Of a DNA stretch of 64,000 nt, positions 36,395 to 49,923 are shown piece by piece. The position numbers and the translations under genes are program-made. The stretch comes from Hydrolagus colliei (Eukaryota). The notes beneath the pieces were generated by a model. It was given only the letters and a program-made list of their open reading frames with translations. It was not told the origin of the DNA and did no database searches. Location: positions 9,734,001-9,798,000 of the forward strand of contig CM068756.1 of the NCBI GenBank assembly GCA_035084275.1, read 5' to 3'. Position 1 is the stretch's first letter. Each line of letters starts with the position of its first letter.

Positions 36395-36750
36395 ATGGAG
36401 CTCATAATCAAGGATAATACTCCAGTGCAGTATTGGTGGGGGGTAAAGCATTGCATTGTCACAGGTGCTGTTCTTCGGATGAGCCGTTCAACCGAGGTCC
36501 CAACTGTTTGTTCAGGTGGATGTTATAGACCCCATTTGGCCTATTCGAAAAGAGTAGGAAGTTTCTCCTGATGGCCTGGCCAGCAATTCCCCAGATAAAA
36601 ATGATTATTCACTCCATGACTGTTTATGCAGCATTGGTGTGTACAAAACTGCTGCCGCAATTGCTTATAAATACCATCAATACACATTACAGTAATTCCT
36701 GAGAAGCAGTTTGAGATGTCTTGATGAGGTGTTGTATCAAATGCAAGGAC
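36395..36750 (+). mobile_element. DeuSINE (SacSINE1/AmnSINE1-like), best-preserved copy
   Basis: actccagtgcagtattg...aggtgctgttcttcggatgagccgttcaaccgaggtcc...caggtggatgttatagacccca...ctattcgaaaagagtagg...cctggcca is the Deu domain, followed by the tail. Confidence 0.85.
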
Positions 36751-36784
36751 CGTTTAGTATGTGTCCAAAATACATTATAATTGA

Positions 36785-36935
36785 ACAGTGATTGTGAGCA
36801 GGAACCATGGCTGTTTTGTCCCCCCACCTTTCTTGCCTAAGGAACAATTGTGTCAGTCTTACAACCAAGCCAGTTGGGAGAAGTTAACTTAGAATCGACG
36901 GGATACCTGCCAGGGATCAAACCTGATGCCACAAT
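36785..36935 (-). mobile_element. ancient SINE-like family 3, 5' part
   Basis: Minus strand has B-box-like caggtttgatccctgg and cagccatggttcctgctcacaatcactgttcaa, shared with 60790-60870. Confidence 0.55.
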
Positions 36936-39239
36936 ACTTGGCACAGTTACTCATAAGCAATGGATTCTGTTTCAGTGATATTTATGCCATCAAATACAAG
37001 GTAATTGCTTAAAAATCGCAGATGTGTAATTCTACCCTGGCTCCCATATCCTGCTTCAATCTTGCTGATCTTTCCTGGGAGTATCAAAGAAAATCTCCCC
37101 AACAGAAGGTTAGTTCCTGGAAAGAAAGCCTATAGCTTTCCCTGAATCCCGCGTACAACATTTAATTTTTCTTAAATTAAACACATGATATTCTCATATA
37201 AAGAAAGAGGCTTGCAATGGAGGAAGGCAGATGCATAGCAAAACAAATAGAATTTTTTTTTTTTTTGCTCGGTATTCAAGACTCGAGGGATTACATGATT
37301 CTCAACTGATTAGTTATAGAGACCAGAGGTTACTACTGTTAAACCTCTCTAATCTCCCTTCAGTAAAATGTTAATCACAAAATCTCCCTGTTGAGAAATT
37401 GGAACTCCCCTTTATTTGTTGGCCTATATTAACACTTCAAACATACAATCCATGTTAAATTGGACTTAGATTCTTTCTTTTACTGGTAGATACACCTTAA
37501 ACAGAGTCATTGTGTATGTGCCAGCTCTCTAGGTATCTGACCTTGGATGTACATACATGTCCTTGTTGCAGGAACATGGAAACAGAGCAGGACATTTTGT
37601 TATCAGGCCATAGTCCCTCCAGAGCAAATCGCAATAAATCCTCTCGCTCCCAAACCATCTCCAGTCTCCTTCTGCAGCCATCAGCCAACAACAATCCAAA
37701 GTTGTTCTCTGTTCAACACACAGTTTCAACACAGTTTGCTATACTAATCCATTGCCGAGCACTCTGGGGTGCCAGAGTGCACAAGGGCACGATACAAATG
37801 CAAGTTGTTGTTAATTTAACATATCCACCATCCAAATTTCTCAAAGCACTTCACAAGATTTTTAAATGTTAGGCTGATTTGCAGGTGAACACGGCAGCCA
37901 ATTCACACACAGCAAAGCCTGATGTTAATCACAGTGGTGGTTCAGTATTGTGAGGTACTAATCGTTGACTGTCCCCTCTTTATCTCACTCTGGAACAAAA
38001 TCTGCAATTTGAACTCAACGCATCGAGAAATCTCAAGACATTAACATGGGTGTGCAACTGAACTCCAATAGTTTGTGAAATAGAGTTAACTACCGTTGAA
38101 CACAAACGGAAGTTCCAGCCCCCCAAGTGCTTTGAAATTAAACGACCTTTGCTGTGTAAATGTGTGTAGTTACCTACCTTTGGTAACGGGTCTCAGTGGT
38201 AAGAGTTTAGCCAGGTGGTGCCTAAAGCAGTGTCTGAGCAGTTTCCTTCCCAGTAAGCCACATTAAACTTGAACAAATGTAGGTAGCCTCCACTTCAGTC
38301 ATGATAAAGGAGCTTTTTAACCCCTTTCCAGCAGCCTGTTATCAATTAAGTCACAAGATTGCTTCCACATGTCAAATAAGTGAATGTTTTGTTCCTCAAC
38401 ACTAAAGGTGCCAAGGAAATCAACACCTATTTGGTGTAAGTGCTTACAACAACTTCCTTGAACCAGTCTGAGTGAATGCAGGCGTCTGCTTGGTGCGGCT
38501 GGAAATAATTTTCATGAAATTCTACGCCGTGCCAGTTAGTTCCAATATAGCAAGGCTCCAATATCTTTAGGAGCGAAAGCTGGCTTTACTGTGTGTCAGG
38601 TGATAATTGCATATGTAAGTGGAGGAAACACAATCCACTAACTGAGAAAAATTATTCTGACTGGTTTTGCAAAGCTGTTTAGGCTATTCATGGGAACTGA
38701 GCTGGCTCCTGTAGCTTACGCTGACCAGCAGGAATTGGTTTGATGTCGCTTGATCTCTCGAGATGGAAGGAAGTCACCTTTCGGTATGATCATTGAACTG
38801 ATGCATTCGTCCAAAATGTGGAACCCCAATAACTTGTACCCTCCCCAAAGAATCTCACCTTTTTGCTAGAGCCGTTCGGGTTATTTATCCGTGCGTTTTT
38901 GGTGGGTTATTGTGTCCCATTCCATGTCAGGGCTTAGAGCAAAAGGAAAGTCTTGGCAGTTGCCACGTGAGACAATCTGGCGACAAATATTCAGCCACAT
39001 ATGTGAGGAATCGGGAGGAGGCTCAGGAGGTGTAAATGCCTCAGTATGTGACTCTGGCAGTCAGTATAATTCATAGAATCACCCCCAATGTATTTGTTTG
39101 AGCTAACCAGGAAAATAAATGAGGGAGCAACAACAACTTGAATTTATCTAGCACCCTTCATGCACGTAGCATCTCAGAGTGCTGCAAGAGTCACCATATA
39201 TGAGTTATTATAATAATAATAAACCCCTTGTGTTGTTAT

Positions 39240-39553
39240 AATAATCCTTACATTTCATATCGCACTTTTCACATCTTCTAGATGTCTCAAAGGCTTTCCC
39301 AGGATATATTATAAAGTGAATCATCTGTACAATTGTGGGCGCAGCACAGCAGTCAATTGCACACCAGTGTCCCACAAACAGGCGTAGACTGAAGTGACCG
39401 ATTTATTATTGTTTGTTTCTAATAAAAAAATTATTGAGGGATTATTATCAGATGTGTGGATTAAGGAAACTTGCCCAAGATTTTGCCCTGCCTGGAATAC
39501 AACCAGGTCTCTTGCTTGCGAGGCAAGTGCTCTAACCACTGAGCTACAGGAAT
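39240..39553 (-). mobile_element. tRNA-Ala-derived SINE, full length (short subfamily)
   Basis: gcttgcgaggcaagtgctctaaccactgagctacagga head; aaggaaacttgcccaag; cagtgtcccacaaacag; tail. Confidence 0.93.
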
Positions 39554-40261
39554 CTATAGGGTTTGAGCCTAACATTCAAATAAGGTTGATGCACCTACTT
39601 TATCATAAGAACTCAGCCTGAGTTTTCTCCTCAGTTTACGTTACTTACTCTGAACCATTTCCTTTGCCAGTGTTGCACCTGTAATCTATCCAAAATCAAT
39701 CATTTTACCCTCTCTCGAAAGGGATTTTAAAACAAGTTCTATGCTCAGTAAGGTGAAAGGCTTATTGCAAAAGCCTTACCAAAAGTATGTTTTTTTTAAA
39801 AAAGAACACAAAAGGAAGATCTGGATTAGAAAAGGTTGCATTTCAATTTCAGCTTTCATCTTAATTTGTGCCTAAAATGGGGAAAAGTATAATTTGCCAC
39901 AAGCAGATTCAGGCAAGCTTAGCAAGGCCCAATAGGCCATGCAGAAAGCAAACCTGATTTGGAAAATAATCAAATTCACATTTCTTATTTTTTGTAGAAG
40001 CAATGCAACGCATCATTTATTCAACAAAAAAGTCTATTGTTTTTAAAGTTGGAATTTTTTTTTTAACCCAGACCCGGTCAAATAAAGTGGTTCAAATTCA
40101 AGTCCAACTTTTTTTTTAAGCTTTAAACCATTTTGTAAAACAAAACATTGGCACAATTGAATTTATAAGTGGAATGTTATTTCAGCGCACATTTTAAATC
40201 AATGAGCTGCTTCCTCAAATCTAGCTTTAGCTATCAAGCATACCATTCACTTTCAAGGCCA

Positions 40262-40587
40262 AGGCCACTTTCAAGGCTCTGCGTCCATTGCCCGAGCTGC
40301 CCGACCATCGGCGGCCGGGCTTTCAGCCTCTCTGCTCCCACACTGTGGAACTCCATCCTGCAGCCCCCTCTGCCTCGCTTCCTGCCTTTCCTCCTTCAAG
40401 GCCGGTCTCAAGACCTTCTTCCTCTTCGACCGCATCTTTGGCTGCCCTACTAACTCTTCCCCCTCTCCTTCCCACCCACCCCCACCCCATCACCATTCAG
40501 GTCCCGACCTGACTGTTCAGCGCTTTGGGACGTCCTCCCGATGTGAAAGGAGCTATGTAAGTGCAATTTTGTTGTTGTTTGTTGTTT
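40262..40587 (+). mobile_element. L2 LINE 3' end
   Basis: PTIGGRAFSLSAPTLWNSI...SFKAGLKTF is the L2 ORF2 C-terminus, then UTR stem cagcgctttgggacgtcctcccgatgtgaaaggagct and (TTG)n. Confidence 0.92.
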
Positions 40588-41449
40588 TCACATTAAGTCT
40601 CTCTGATCATCAGTAAACTACACACAGTTTGAAATTCACCATTAAAGAGCCTGAAAAAAGATACTCTTAGCCTGGGCCACAAACTGAAATCAGGACTTTA
40701 GACCTTCCCGACTTAGACATCCCAAATTGAACATGAAGTCATAATATAAGTTAATAAATCTCTTGAATCTCTGAGAATCTCTAGATGCTTATTGCCGCCC
40801 AATAGTCTACTGTTGGATTTGATATAGTGCCTTATGTTGTTAAAATAAAATGCCTCAAACTAAAATGCAGTGATTGTGTACTTATAGGAAACTATTATTT
40901 ATTTGTCTTAAGTATTATATTGCACATTATATTGTAAGCATGCAGAAATAAAACAGTCATATTCTTTTTCACATTTGCTGTTTTCTCCCCCCTCTTAAAG
41001 CCCTAGCCATTAATATTGCTAAAATGTGAAACAAAATTGATCCATGAATACACATTCGGCTGAACATTCCAGTAACTGAACTAACCAAGTTCGTAATTGA
41101 TTGCTTGTACTTTACCCGAGTTCTGGAGGTTCTCTCTCTCTCGTCTCACTCTGTCTGTTATAGCTTAATATTTCAGGTCTTATTGGAGGCCCCGTATTGA
41201 CGGTGGCACTGGAATCCAGTAGCTGTGTGCTATAAAAAAAAAGCAAAGCCACCTTGAAATTGTACCTTCAAAGAACTAAAGCCTTTTTCTTGTCTAGAAT
41301 ATTTGATAGCTTGAGTATGAGAAATCTGAAACTTTAGCACTAACGTCATCGTTGGCACCGTTTCAGGCCCAGCTTTGTATTAAAACACAGTAGTTGCAGA
41401 GGTTCAGTTGGTAGAACAGGTGAGGGATACATAACTATTCTGCTTATAA

Positions 41450-41765
41450 ACAACAAAATGACACTTATATTGCGCCTTTCATGCAAGGAGGATGTCTCAA
41501 GGTGCTGGACTGTCATTGTTTCAGACCCAAGCTGGGATCAGGGAGGGGGGAGAAAAAAGGGAGGGATTTGGAGGCAACCGATGGGACTGTCGAAGAGGAG
41601 GGTCTTGAGACGGGACTTGAAGGAGGCCAGGGAGGGGACAAGGTGGAGGGACTGCGGGATGGAGTTCCACAGATTGATGGAGTTCCAGAGTAGCTGAAGG
41701 CTCGGAGGACGTGGAGCAGGCCGGAGCCTACTAAGTGGAGGGGGCGGGCAGGTTGGTAGGGGGTA
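41450..41765 (-). mobile_element. L2 LINE 3' end
   Basis: Minus translation LWNSIPQSLHLVPSLASFKSRLKTLLF plus UTR and tail; internal duplication of gatggagttcca. Confidence 0.92.
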
Positions 41766-44051
41766 GACAATTAACATACAACTTAATTGTCTACATTACA
41801 GATATTAATACAAATAATCACACCCAGAAAAATATATGGGACTAAGTACATACCATGGAACAACCGCACTGTATGTATTTTGTGAAAATACTAGATGACT
41901 TAGCTTAATAAAGTCTTAGTATCCAGGCTTAGCAATTGCCATACAAATATAAAATAGCTGTAGCATGTAATATCAAACTAATGTAAATATAACAAAACTA
42001 AATTAGTGTTAGCATGTGGAAAAGTTACACATACATCATCCTAATGACCTGCCAAAATCCATAAAGCAACCTCTAGCTTTCAAAGATGATCACAAAATGT
42101 TAAAAGTGTTGAAATTGATTTTGGCTCGGGGGGGAAGGGGGAGAAACTAAGTTAAAATATGGATTTAAGAAGCAAAACCCGAGGTGATAAAGCAGAAAGC
42201 AAAGTATAACTTCATTGACAAACAAGGTTGAATTTCCATCTCACTCAATTTCCGTAGAGCATTATTCAATTCTTGCAGACAAAATAAGAGAACACAGAAA
42301 TGGAATGATGTACATTTTAATGTCACACACATACATGCTGTTTCAAATTAAAATGACACCTGGCTTCTTATGTGCATGAATGCAATCTGAAATCAATCTT
42401 GTATTTTAGCTTGCAATACATCTGTATCTAATTATAATCGGCAAACTACATTTCTATTTTAAACATAGTTTTTTCCTTTATTCAAATTAAACTTGTCCAG
42501 CTAGGCAAATTCTGTATAAGCAGGTGGCAATCCTTGCTCGAAACTAAACGATGCAAATTACAAACGAAAAACATTTTTTTTTTAAAAAAGGGACAAATGG
42601 CCCCATTTACAATCCTTGAAATGTGTCATTATTGTAACAATTCCAGAAGAGAATTACTTTGCATATGCTCTCAGCCCCTAGCCCGACCTAGTAATAGCAA
42701 AGATGACACCTTTCTGGAGCTTGAAAAATTCATCTTCATTTCTGACTGAGCTCATCTAATCAACATGCGATTATTGCAACAAAAAGAAGCCTTGTTGCTC
42801 TTACAATTGCTATACCAACCAGCCCTGGTATTGAAATACAAGCACTAGAGTCATCCAGAAGAAACTGCAATCTGAAATGAGCTACATGAATGTTTTATTA
42901 CGAAAATAAATTAAAAATTCTCCTCAACAGATCACCAAGCGACTGGGAGATTCGGTTTCACTTTAGGGCAAAAAAGTGACTAATTCCGTGGTATTCTATA
43001 TTTTAGAAGACTTTTAAAAAATTCTTGAAAGTTTGTTTTTGTGGGGGTGGAGGTTGCAAAGGATGGAGTGGAAAATAGTGACTTGAATGAAATGGCAGGT
43101 GTTTGCAAGAGGGGAGAAATTTCACGTCTGCCTTGTTCTGACAAAAAATTTATAAATCAGAAGCTATATTGGCTTATAAGCTAACACTGGGAGATAAAAC
43201 GTTGAAGGTTCTTGGAAAAATAATCACTTTTGCCGTGTTGCAAAGAGATTGAATATGGGTCAACAGATGCATTTTGGATGTGTACCACTTCTTAAATGAT
43301 TTAGCACTCTGATCTGGAAACATAGAAAGTAATTTCATACGTCAGTGGCATCCAGTAACCAATTCCGTGTGCAATTTTCATTCTGTGTTATGTTGTCATA
43401 ATCATTTGGAGAGGTCAAACATTATCCCTTTGAAAAAAATCATCTGATATATTACTATAATATAAAAATAAAGTTTAGGATTATATTTTGATACCAGTGC
43501 AACCATTCATCTCTACATATACTAACAGAAAACACCTGCCCAGCTTTCAAATATTATGCGATTAATCTTACTATGAGGACACAATCGAAGATAGCCAGAT
43601 GGTAAAATTAGGAGAGGGAGAAAAGGAGGCGAACACAACATTAATATATCGTTCCTGTAGGAGATCAAAATATTATTCATAAACTGCAAAGATTATATGT
43701 TGGCATATTAATGTTCTTAAGACAGAGAAGTTAATTCCTTTGGGGTTACCATTTGTCTCATGGGGTATCAAGGCCACAACTAATACTCAGGAAACAATAA
43801 AGGAAACAAAAGATTGATCAATGAACATGTCCTTTTTAATACTGTACTGCTTTTGATTTGCAGAGGTTAACACCATAGTAGCTTTAAACTTCTCAGAGTA
43901 TCTGTACAACAGAACATTTCAGCAATTTCGGAGAGACGAATTGACATGATTAATGTTTTGCATCAATTATTCATTTTTTTTAATAGCGGTTTATGAAAAG
44001 GATTCCCTAAACTGATTTAGTTTGATTGTGATGCCCCCCCACCCACTTTTC

Positions 44052-44190
44052 CAACAACAACAAAATTACACTTGTACTGTATAGCGTCTTTCACGTCACG
44101 AGCACGTCCCAGGCCGCTAGCCAGTCATTGTTTCAGATCCGAGCTGGAGTCAGGGAAGGGAACGGTGGAGGGAAATGGCGGCATTTCGGG
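44052..44190 (-). mobile_element. L2 LINE 3' UTR fragment
   Basis: (CAA)n...tatagcgtctttcacgtc...acgtccca...gtcattgtttcagatccgagctgg, as in 41450-41540. Confidence 0.85.
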
Positions 44191-44496
44191 TGATCGAATA
44201 TCAGGAAATAACATTCGGTTCTTCAACATTCACACTACTGCCTTGCGCTTTAGTTTCAACAAATATTGACATGAAGCTCACTTTAAAAAAAACGTTCATG
44301 ACATTCATTTGTTTCATTCACAATGGATTGCATAACTATCTATGATTAACATTTGGAACCAGATGACCTTATGTTGTACACAGTTATACCAATTGTCTTT
44401 CTTACCTATGTTATGATGTATAAACCATCTAGGTTCATTGAGCCAGTGAATAAATTAAAATTGAGGAAAATAAACACAAGGTTTGATTAATCTTAC

Positions 44497-44800
44497 AATA
44501 ATAATCCTTGCATTTGATGTGGCGCCATATGTCATTGAGACTTCTCAAAGAGCATCACAGGATATTACTGCGGAGCTAGTGACTGTATTTTACAGGCAAA
44601 AGTGGCAGCTAACTAACACATATTAATATCCCACAAACAGAGTTGAATGACCAATTTTATCTGGGAAACTGCTGGCAAGGAAACCTGGAGCCTTTTTGGG
44701 TAGCACCAAAGGGATCTTTAACATCTGTCTGAACAGGCAAACGGGACGTCGGTTTCAAAATCTCATCCAAAGGATATCACGTCCAAAAATGCAGCACATT
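44497..44800 (-). mobile_element. DeuSINE (SacSINE1-like)
   Basis: Reverse tail plus gggatctttaacatctgtctgaacaggcaaacggga...tcggttt...tctcatccaaagga...atgcagcac (reverse Deu domain). Confidence 0.82.
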
Positions 44801-44974
44801 TCCAAAATTGCAATCAACCTGGACAGAATTAATAATTCCTAATATAGGGGACTATATGCATTCCAAATAGGGACTCTTCTACTCTTAAGCATGGCAATGG
44901 GTTTCTGTGTGGCAGACATGTGGTTGACCAAAACAAATATCTATGTTGAGAGGAATCAATCTGAACACACTTAC

Positions 44975-45023
44975 TGTGGCATTGTCTATGATGGGTCCAT
45001 TTTGGTTGCAAAGGTTCGCCCAC
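44975..45023 (-). other. candidate 49-nt exon of an unidentified host gene
   Basis: Minus strand: gaattttccctttcag|GTGGGC...GCCACA|gtaagt. GC is raised relative to the flanks and two frames are open (VGEPLQPKWTHHRQCH; WANLCNQNGPIIDNAT). Peptide not recognised. Confidence 0.35.
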
Positions 45024-45067
45024 CTGAAAGGGAAAATTCAAACACACATTCCATTTGATTTTCCCTT

Positions 45068-45405
45068 TGATAGGAACAAGAGTCGGCCATTCAGCCCTTT
45101 GAGCCTGTTCCGCCGTTTAATTACATCATGGCTGATCTGTACCTCAACTAATCCGGTCAATTCCAATTTCCCGCTTTCTCCCCATATCCCTTAATACCTT
45201 GACCTACCAAAAATCTATCAGCCTCACCCTTGAATGTGTGGTTGACCTTTTGGGGAAGTGAATTCCAGGTTTGTACCTCCCTTTGAGTGAAAAAATACTT
45301 ATTGATTTCACTCTCAAATGGCCTGGTTCTAATTTTAAGACTATGCCCTCTTGTTTTGGATTCCTCACCAGAGGAAATAGTTTCTCCACCAGAGGAAATA
45401 GCTTC
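45068..45405 (-). mobile_element. CR1 LINE 3' end (shark type)
   Basis: ESKTRGHSLKIRTRPFESEINKYFFTQREVQTWNSLPQK...FKGEADRFLVGQGIKGYGEKAG plus UTR taggaacaagagtcggccattcagccc. Confidence 0.93.
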
Positions 45406-45668
45406 CTCCATCAGAGGTTGCCTCTGTATATACTGGATAACCTTCCTGCAAGGATGCTGCAAACGTGATACTGCAAACGTGATACAATCTTTCTATACTC
45501 AAAGTATGGATGTGTAACTCACACTGAAACTGAACACAATTCAATAAGTTGTAAAGCAAACTAAAGTGAACATTTTCAAACTGTAAATGTTTAGTAATCG
45601 CGTATCCATCAGACTACATTAATCACTGCTTGAAAGTGTTATAAGCTACCTCTTTCCGCATACTACAA

Positions 45669-45683
45669 CCAGTAGGTGGTGCA
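45669..45683 (+). promoter_or_regulatory. CTCF-like motif
   Basis: CCAGTAGGTGGTGCA; one deviation from consensus, consistent with CpG decay. Confidence 0.4.
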
Positions 45684-46107
45684 AGACCAGAAAGAAAGGC
45701 TTACCATACCTTGGTTTGTCAAAGCATCCAAAACAATGAAAATTCCCCAGGATAGGATTGTGGCTTAGTAACATGTCTATTTCATTAAAAATGAATGTGT
45801 AGCAGTCACCAGCATCACTGTTACATTTGTTAAAACAGATTATTAAACATGTTTTTTTTAATCTAAATCAGTTTACTTGAATAGAAATAGTATTTGGGGT
45901 TTGCATAACTATTTAAACTACAGTATTCAGATACTCAGTCATAAACCGCTTGTACCTCTGGTAGGCAAGTAGGACAAATCTCAACATGTGGATTCATTTA
46001 AATGGTTCAATACATCACAACAAAGATGAGACCTATTACAATTGTGCAATAGTCTGTGATTGAATATCTCTTTTAGTGTAAAATAGTCAATCTAACTTTA
46101 ATATAAT

Positions 46108-46242
46108 TGACAATTGGCTGCTGTGTTTTGCCCACAAAAATATACAGTCAATTCACTTTACAGTATATCCTGTGAAGTGCTATTTTAGAATATTCTGGAA
46201 GACATGAAAAGCACCATATCAAGTGCAAGGGTTATTATTATC
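46108..46242 (+). mobile_element. SINE 3' fragment
   Basis: caattggctgctgtgttttgcccac...cagtcaattcactttacagtatatcctgtgaagtgc...tgcaagggttattatt. Confidence 0.88.
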
Positions 46243-47190
46243 AATACACTAAATTACCCCCATCAAGCAAACCTTGCAAAGAATTATTACATTTTGCTTC
46301 ATTCTTTCAGGAGCAACAAAACTTTACTTTGGCAGTGGGTGGATTATTCAGGTGGCTAATACATGTGGAAAGGAAACCCATCAATATGCTTAAGAATATC
46401 AAAACCAGACAGAGAATCACACATGTGCAAATCACCTGCACACAGAACCTTCTGTGTCTGGAATTCTTACTCTCTTTCTGGAGGGTCTAATTCTGGTTAC
46501 CTAATTCCGGAGAGTATTAGGCCAAGAGCCCACCCAGGCTTGGGGACCAGTGTATGTTTTGAGGTACTACCAGAATGCAACCAGCTTAAACCATATAGCA
46601 CTGTTTGGCAAGCTTCCCGCTGCTTGTCCAGCTAAAACCATTCAACCAACTAGGGTTTAGGCTTGAGTAGCTGAGTGGAAAGAATCCCTACTCTCAGTAT
46701 TCAAAACAACAGTACCACATGGATTTGAGGGAAAGTGAGGTTGCTAATCATGTCATGTTAATACTATTTTCTGTAAAGTTTCCTAATGTGATAATGAATA
46801 AAGAATGCTGAAGATAATGGAGTTTTGATTAATTATTAACCATTGCATTTATGTACAATGATACAGTATTCAGACAAGTCCATGACTAAGTTTCATAGAA
46901 TTATTTAGATTTCTGAAAGATTTATTGGCTGCGACTTTGTGCATTTCTTTGTCTTTTCTCTACCAGAAGGCAACCTTATTAACGTGTAACTACAGTAAAA
47001 AGGTTTTGAACCACTACCTTAGCACTGATTAACATGCACAATGCTTCACTAGCTTTACAAATATTGATCCAAGCAGATGTACAAGACTCATTATCTTCAA
47101 CAGAAAGTGTATCTAATTATTTTGGGGACTATTTACAGTTTTAGTGGAGGTTTTTTATTCTAACTTTTGTTAAACTTACATCTTTGTATC

Positions 47191-47225
47191 ACCTGACGTT
47201 CCTGATGCATCACAAAACGTCAGGT
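47191..47225. repeat. 35-bp near-perfect palindrome
   Basis: acctgacgtt-cc-tgatgcatca-caa-aacgtcaggt. Confidence 0.85.
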
Positions 47226-48654
47226 ATATTTTAGTCACCGGGAACTCAATTCTAAATAGTCTCTACGACAACAGTTTTTAAAAAAGTTGTATTTTATTGT
47301 GGGAAGTAAACAGAATATAGATGGTAGATATTATAAATGTATATAGTATATGTGCAGCAGGATAGATCTTCACTTCTAAGACAAAATGGGTCAAATTGTG
47401 AAAGATTTTAAAACCACCAATACTTCTTTCATGCACAGGCAGAGTCTAACACTGCGCCTTAATCCAAAAATACTTTTGGTTGTTACAAAAAAGTGTTGCA
47501 AATACTCAGCGAGGGAATGAAGCTCCCACTATTCTAGTTATATTGATCTTCCTGGACCACATTTTACTAAATTTACTGAATCATGTACTGGACACTAGAC
47601 CTTGAGGGAAAAAGAGTGTGCCAGGAGCAATTTGCACCCGCAGTTGATTAGATAGAACTCAGCGATACGGTCATGGAAACAGATCAACAAGGAGGGTAAA
47701 ACTGCACAGCTTCTGAAATCATCTCTCCCAAGTGAGTGTCAGCAGCAAGGCACTGCCAAATGCAGTGTAAAATAAAATACTCTACTTCATTACTGCTTTG
47801 ACAGCAAATACCCAGCTGCGAAAATCACTCCGATAAACTCAATGTGGCTATTGAAATACATCAATAAACTGGCTTCAAAAGATCTTTGTAATGAGGGAAT
47901 AATGTAGTCAAATGCTACTATTAGACTCTTTTGGCACAATTTGTCGTAGCATTTAAGCCTCTGAGATAATAATCAGTCTCACAAGAATCTCTTACTTTAT
48001 AGTGCAGGATTAAGTTCAACTCAAGGCTGGGAAGTGAACAAACTAATTTCACTTGAGATCCATATGTAATATACAAGTATGTCTGGAAGCAAGTTGCAGG
48101 CCCCTGAGGGTAACCATTATCCAGCCAAGAATATTGTTTAATTAAACAATACAGCAGATCATTTTTTGGACCATAATGGTCCAGACAAAAATATCTCAAA
48201 TGAAGGCAAGAAAGTATTATAGTCTCTGTGGTATCGTGATTTGCTGCAATATTTAAATTGCCTTCAGTGATGTTGGTTTACATGGAAAATATTCACGAGT
48301 TAAACCATTTATAACCCTTAAATTGGATTTTCACAGTTGTTTAATTCCCTGAAATGCAGGATTTTGGTGGTCTAAACAGATTTAAAAACAATTCCATCTC
48401 ACTCTCCAAATTATGAAAAGTTCAAACTGAACTTAATAACTTGCATTGATATAGCACCCTTCACGCAGTGTAGTGTCTCAGAGCACACATTAAGTGAATG
48501 CAAGTTTCCAAGCCTGACTTTGGATCCTCACCCATTTATACAATAGGAACAGCTCAGCAGAAAATTCAGTTACAGTGAACATAATCCTTTCTTTCTTAAC
48601 CTATGCTGAATAAAAATACTGGAATTTTTTCAAATTCTCTCCTTTTCAAACTAT

Positions 48655-48730
48655 CTTATAAGGCACAGAAATAGGCCATTCAACCTAAAGAGTGTGTGCC
48701 ACTGTTTAAACTCAGCACAATCCTCTCCTA
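48655..48730 (-). mobile_element. CR1 3' tail remnant
   Basis: ggcacagaaataggccattcaacctaaagagtgtgtgcc. Confidence 0.6.
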
Positions 48731-49923
48731 TTCCGCTATGTATAGGTCTACTAGTTATCAGCACCTTTTCTGCACAGTAACAAAAATATCCCACTATCCA
48801 AGGATTTGACTTGTGTGCTCACAGGTTACTGCGAACATCAATAACCTGATGGATTGGACGCTGATTTCCCATACCTGGCTCCAAAATTGATTTGGAGGAG
48901 TCACAGTTCAATCCAAGCCAGATGAATAGTAATAGATGAATGGAAAGGGGTTCCTCAGATATCTATCCTAAGATGAAACATCTCCGTCTCACACTGTACA
49001 CCCATTTATTCTCCCTTCTGCAACCAAATATATACTGTACTGTATTTCAAAATATGTTGTAGAATGGAACCTGATAGCATGTAGTACAAAGAGTAACTAC
49101 ACACATTTCTGGGGGGGAAAAGCCTTCAAAATTAAGCACAGAAACTGGGTAACACTGGAACATGAATGCCTGAAGGCGGGTATTGGAAGTCAGTCTAGAA
49201 CATGCTTTACTGCCACTTTGTAACTTAATAGCATCTTAATCTATTATTTCCTGTTATTGAAAACGACCTAATTGCAGTTACTTTCTTAGACATTATCATC
49301 GGGAAGCCCTAGAGTTCTTGGATGTTCGCCTTGGCCACAATCCGAAAATGTGTTCAGTGGCAAATTACACCTCATCTATGTGTAACTTCATACACTGCAA
49401 CAGTTCCCTGTAATGCAAGCTGTAGACGAGTCGAGTGATGCATTAGATATGATCATTGTTAAATCTATCTCGTTCACCCGGGTTTAGCTGATGTGCTGGA
49501 GCAGTTGTGGAAACCAAACAGTTTACGCAAGGCACATACGCTCCCAGCCCAGGCCGTGGCCACTACATTCTATTTGGAGCTTGGCCTGTTAAGTTGAAAG
49601 AAACAGACAAATATTTTTCTTGCTTTGCTTTATACAAAATTAAACAGGGCACAATAAATAATGGAGACTGTGATCTTTGTAGCTCTATTTCTGCTGGCAG
49701 GTGAGAATGTTGCATAGTGGAACAGTGACCATTTTCAAAAATCACATTTACGACCTCTACTTATCTAACAACCCTTACCATTCCGAGAGCTCAAATCAGT
49801 TACCTTTTGGAGTCCACAATGCAAATGATCTTCTACGACAAGAATGCATAAATAGTTAACTTATGCAAGATCTGGCCATTCCTACCCCAGTCATTTATCT
49901 AGTCACATGCCTTCATGATGTTA

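Noticed and set aside
40169-41777. Pro/Ser/Gly-rich ORFs as cellular genes
   Set aside because: They are alternative frames of GC-rich L2 3' ends.
47195-47225. Hammerhead ribozyme (ctgatg...aaacg)
   Set aside because: The core reads CUGAUGC rather than CUGAUGA and lacks GAAA; better explained as a palindrome.
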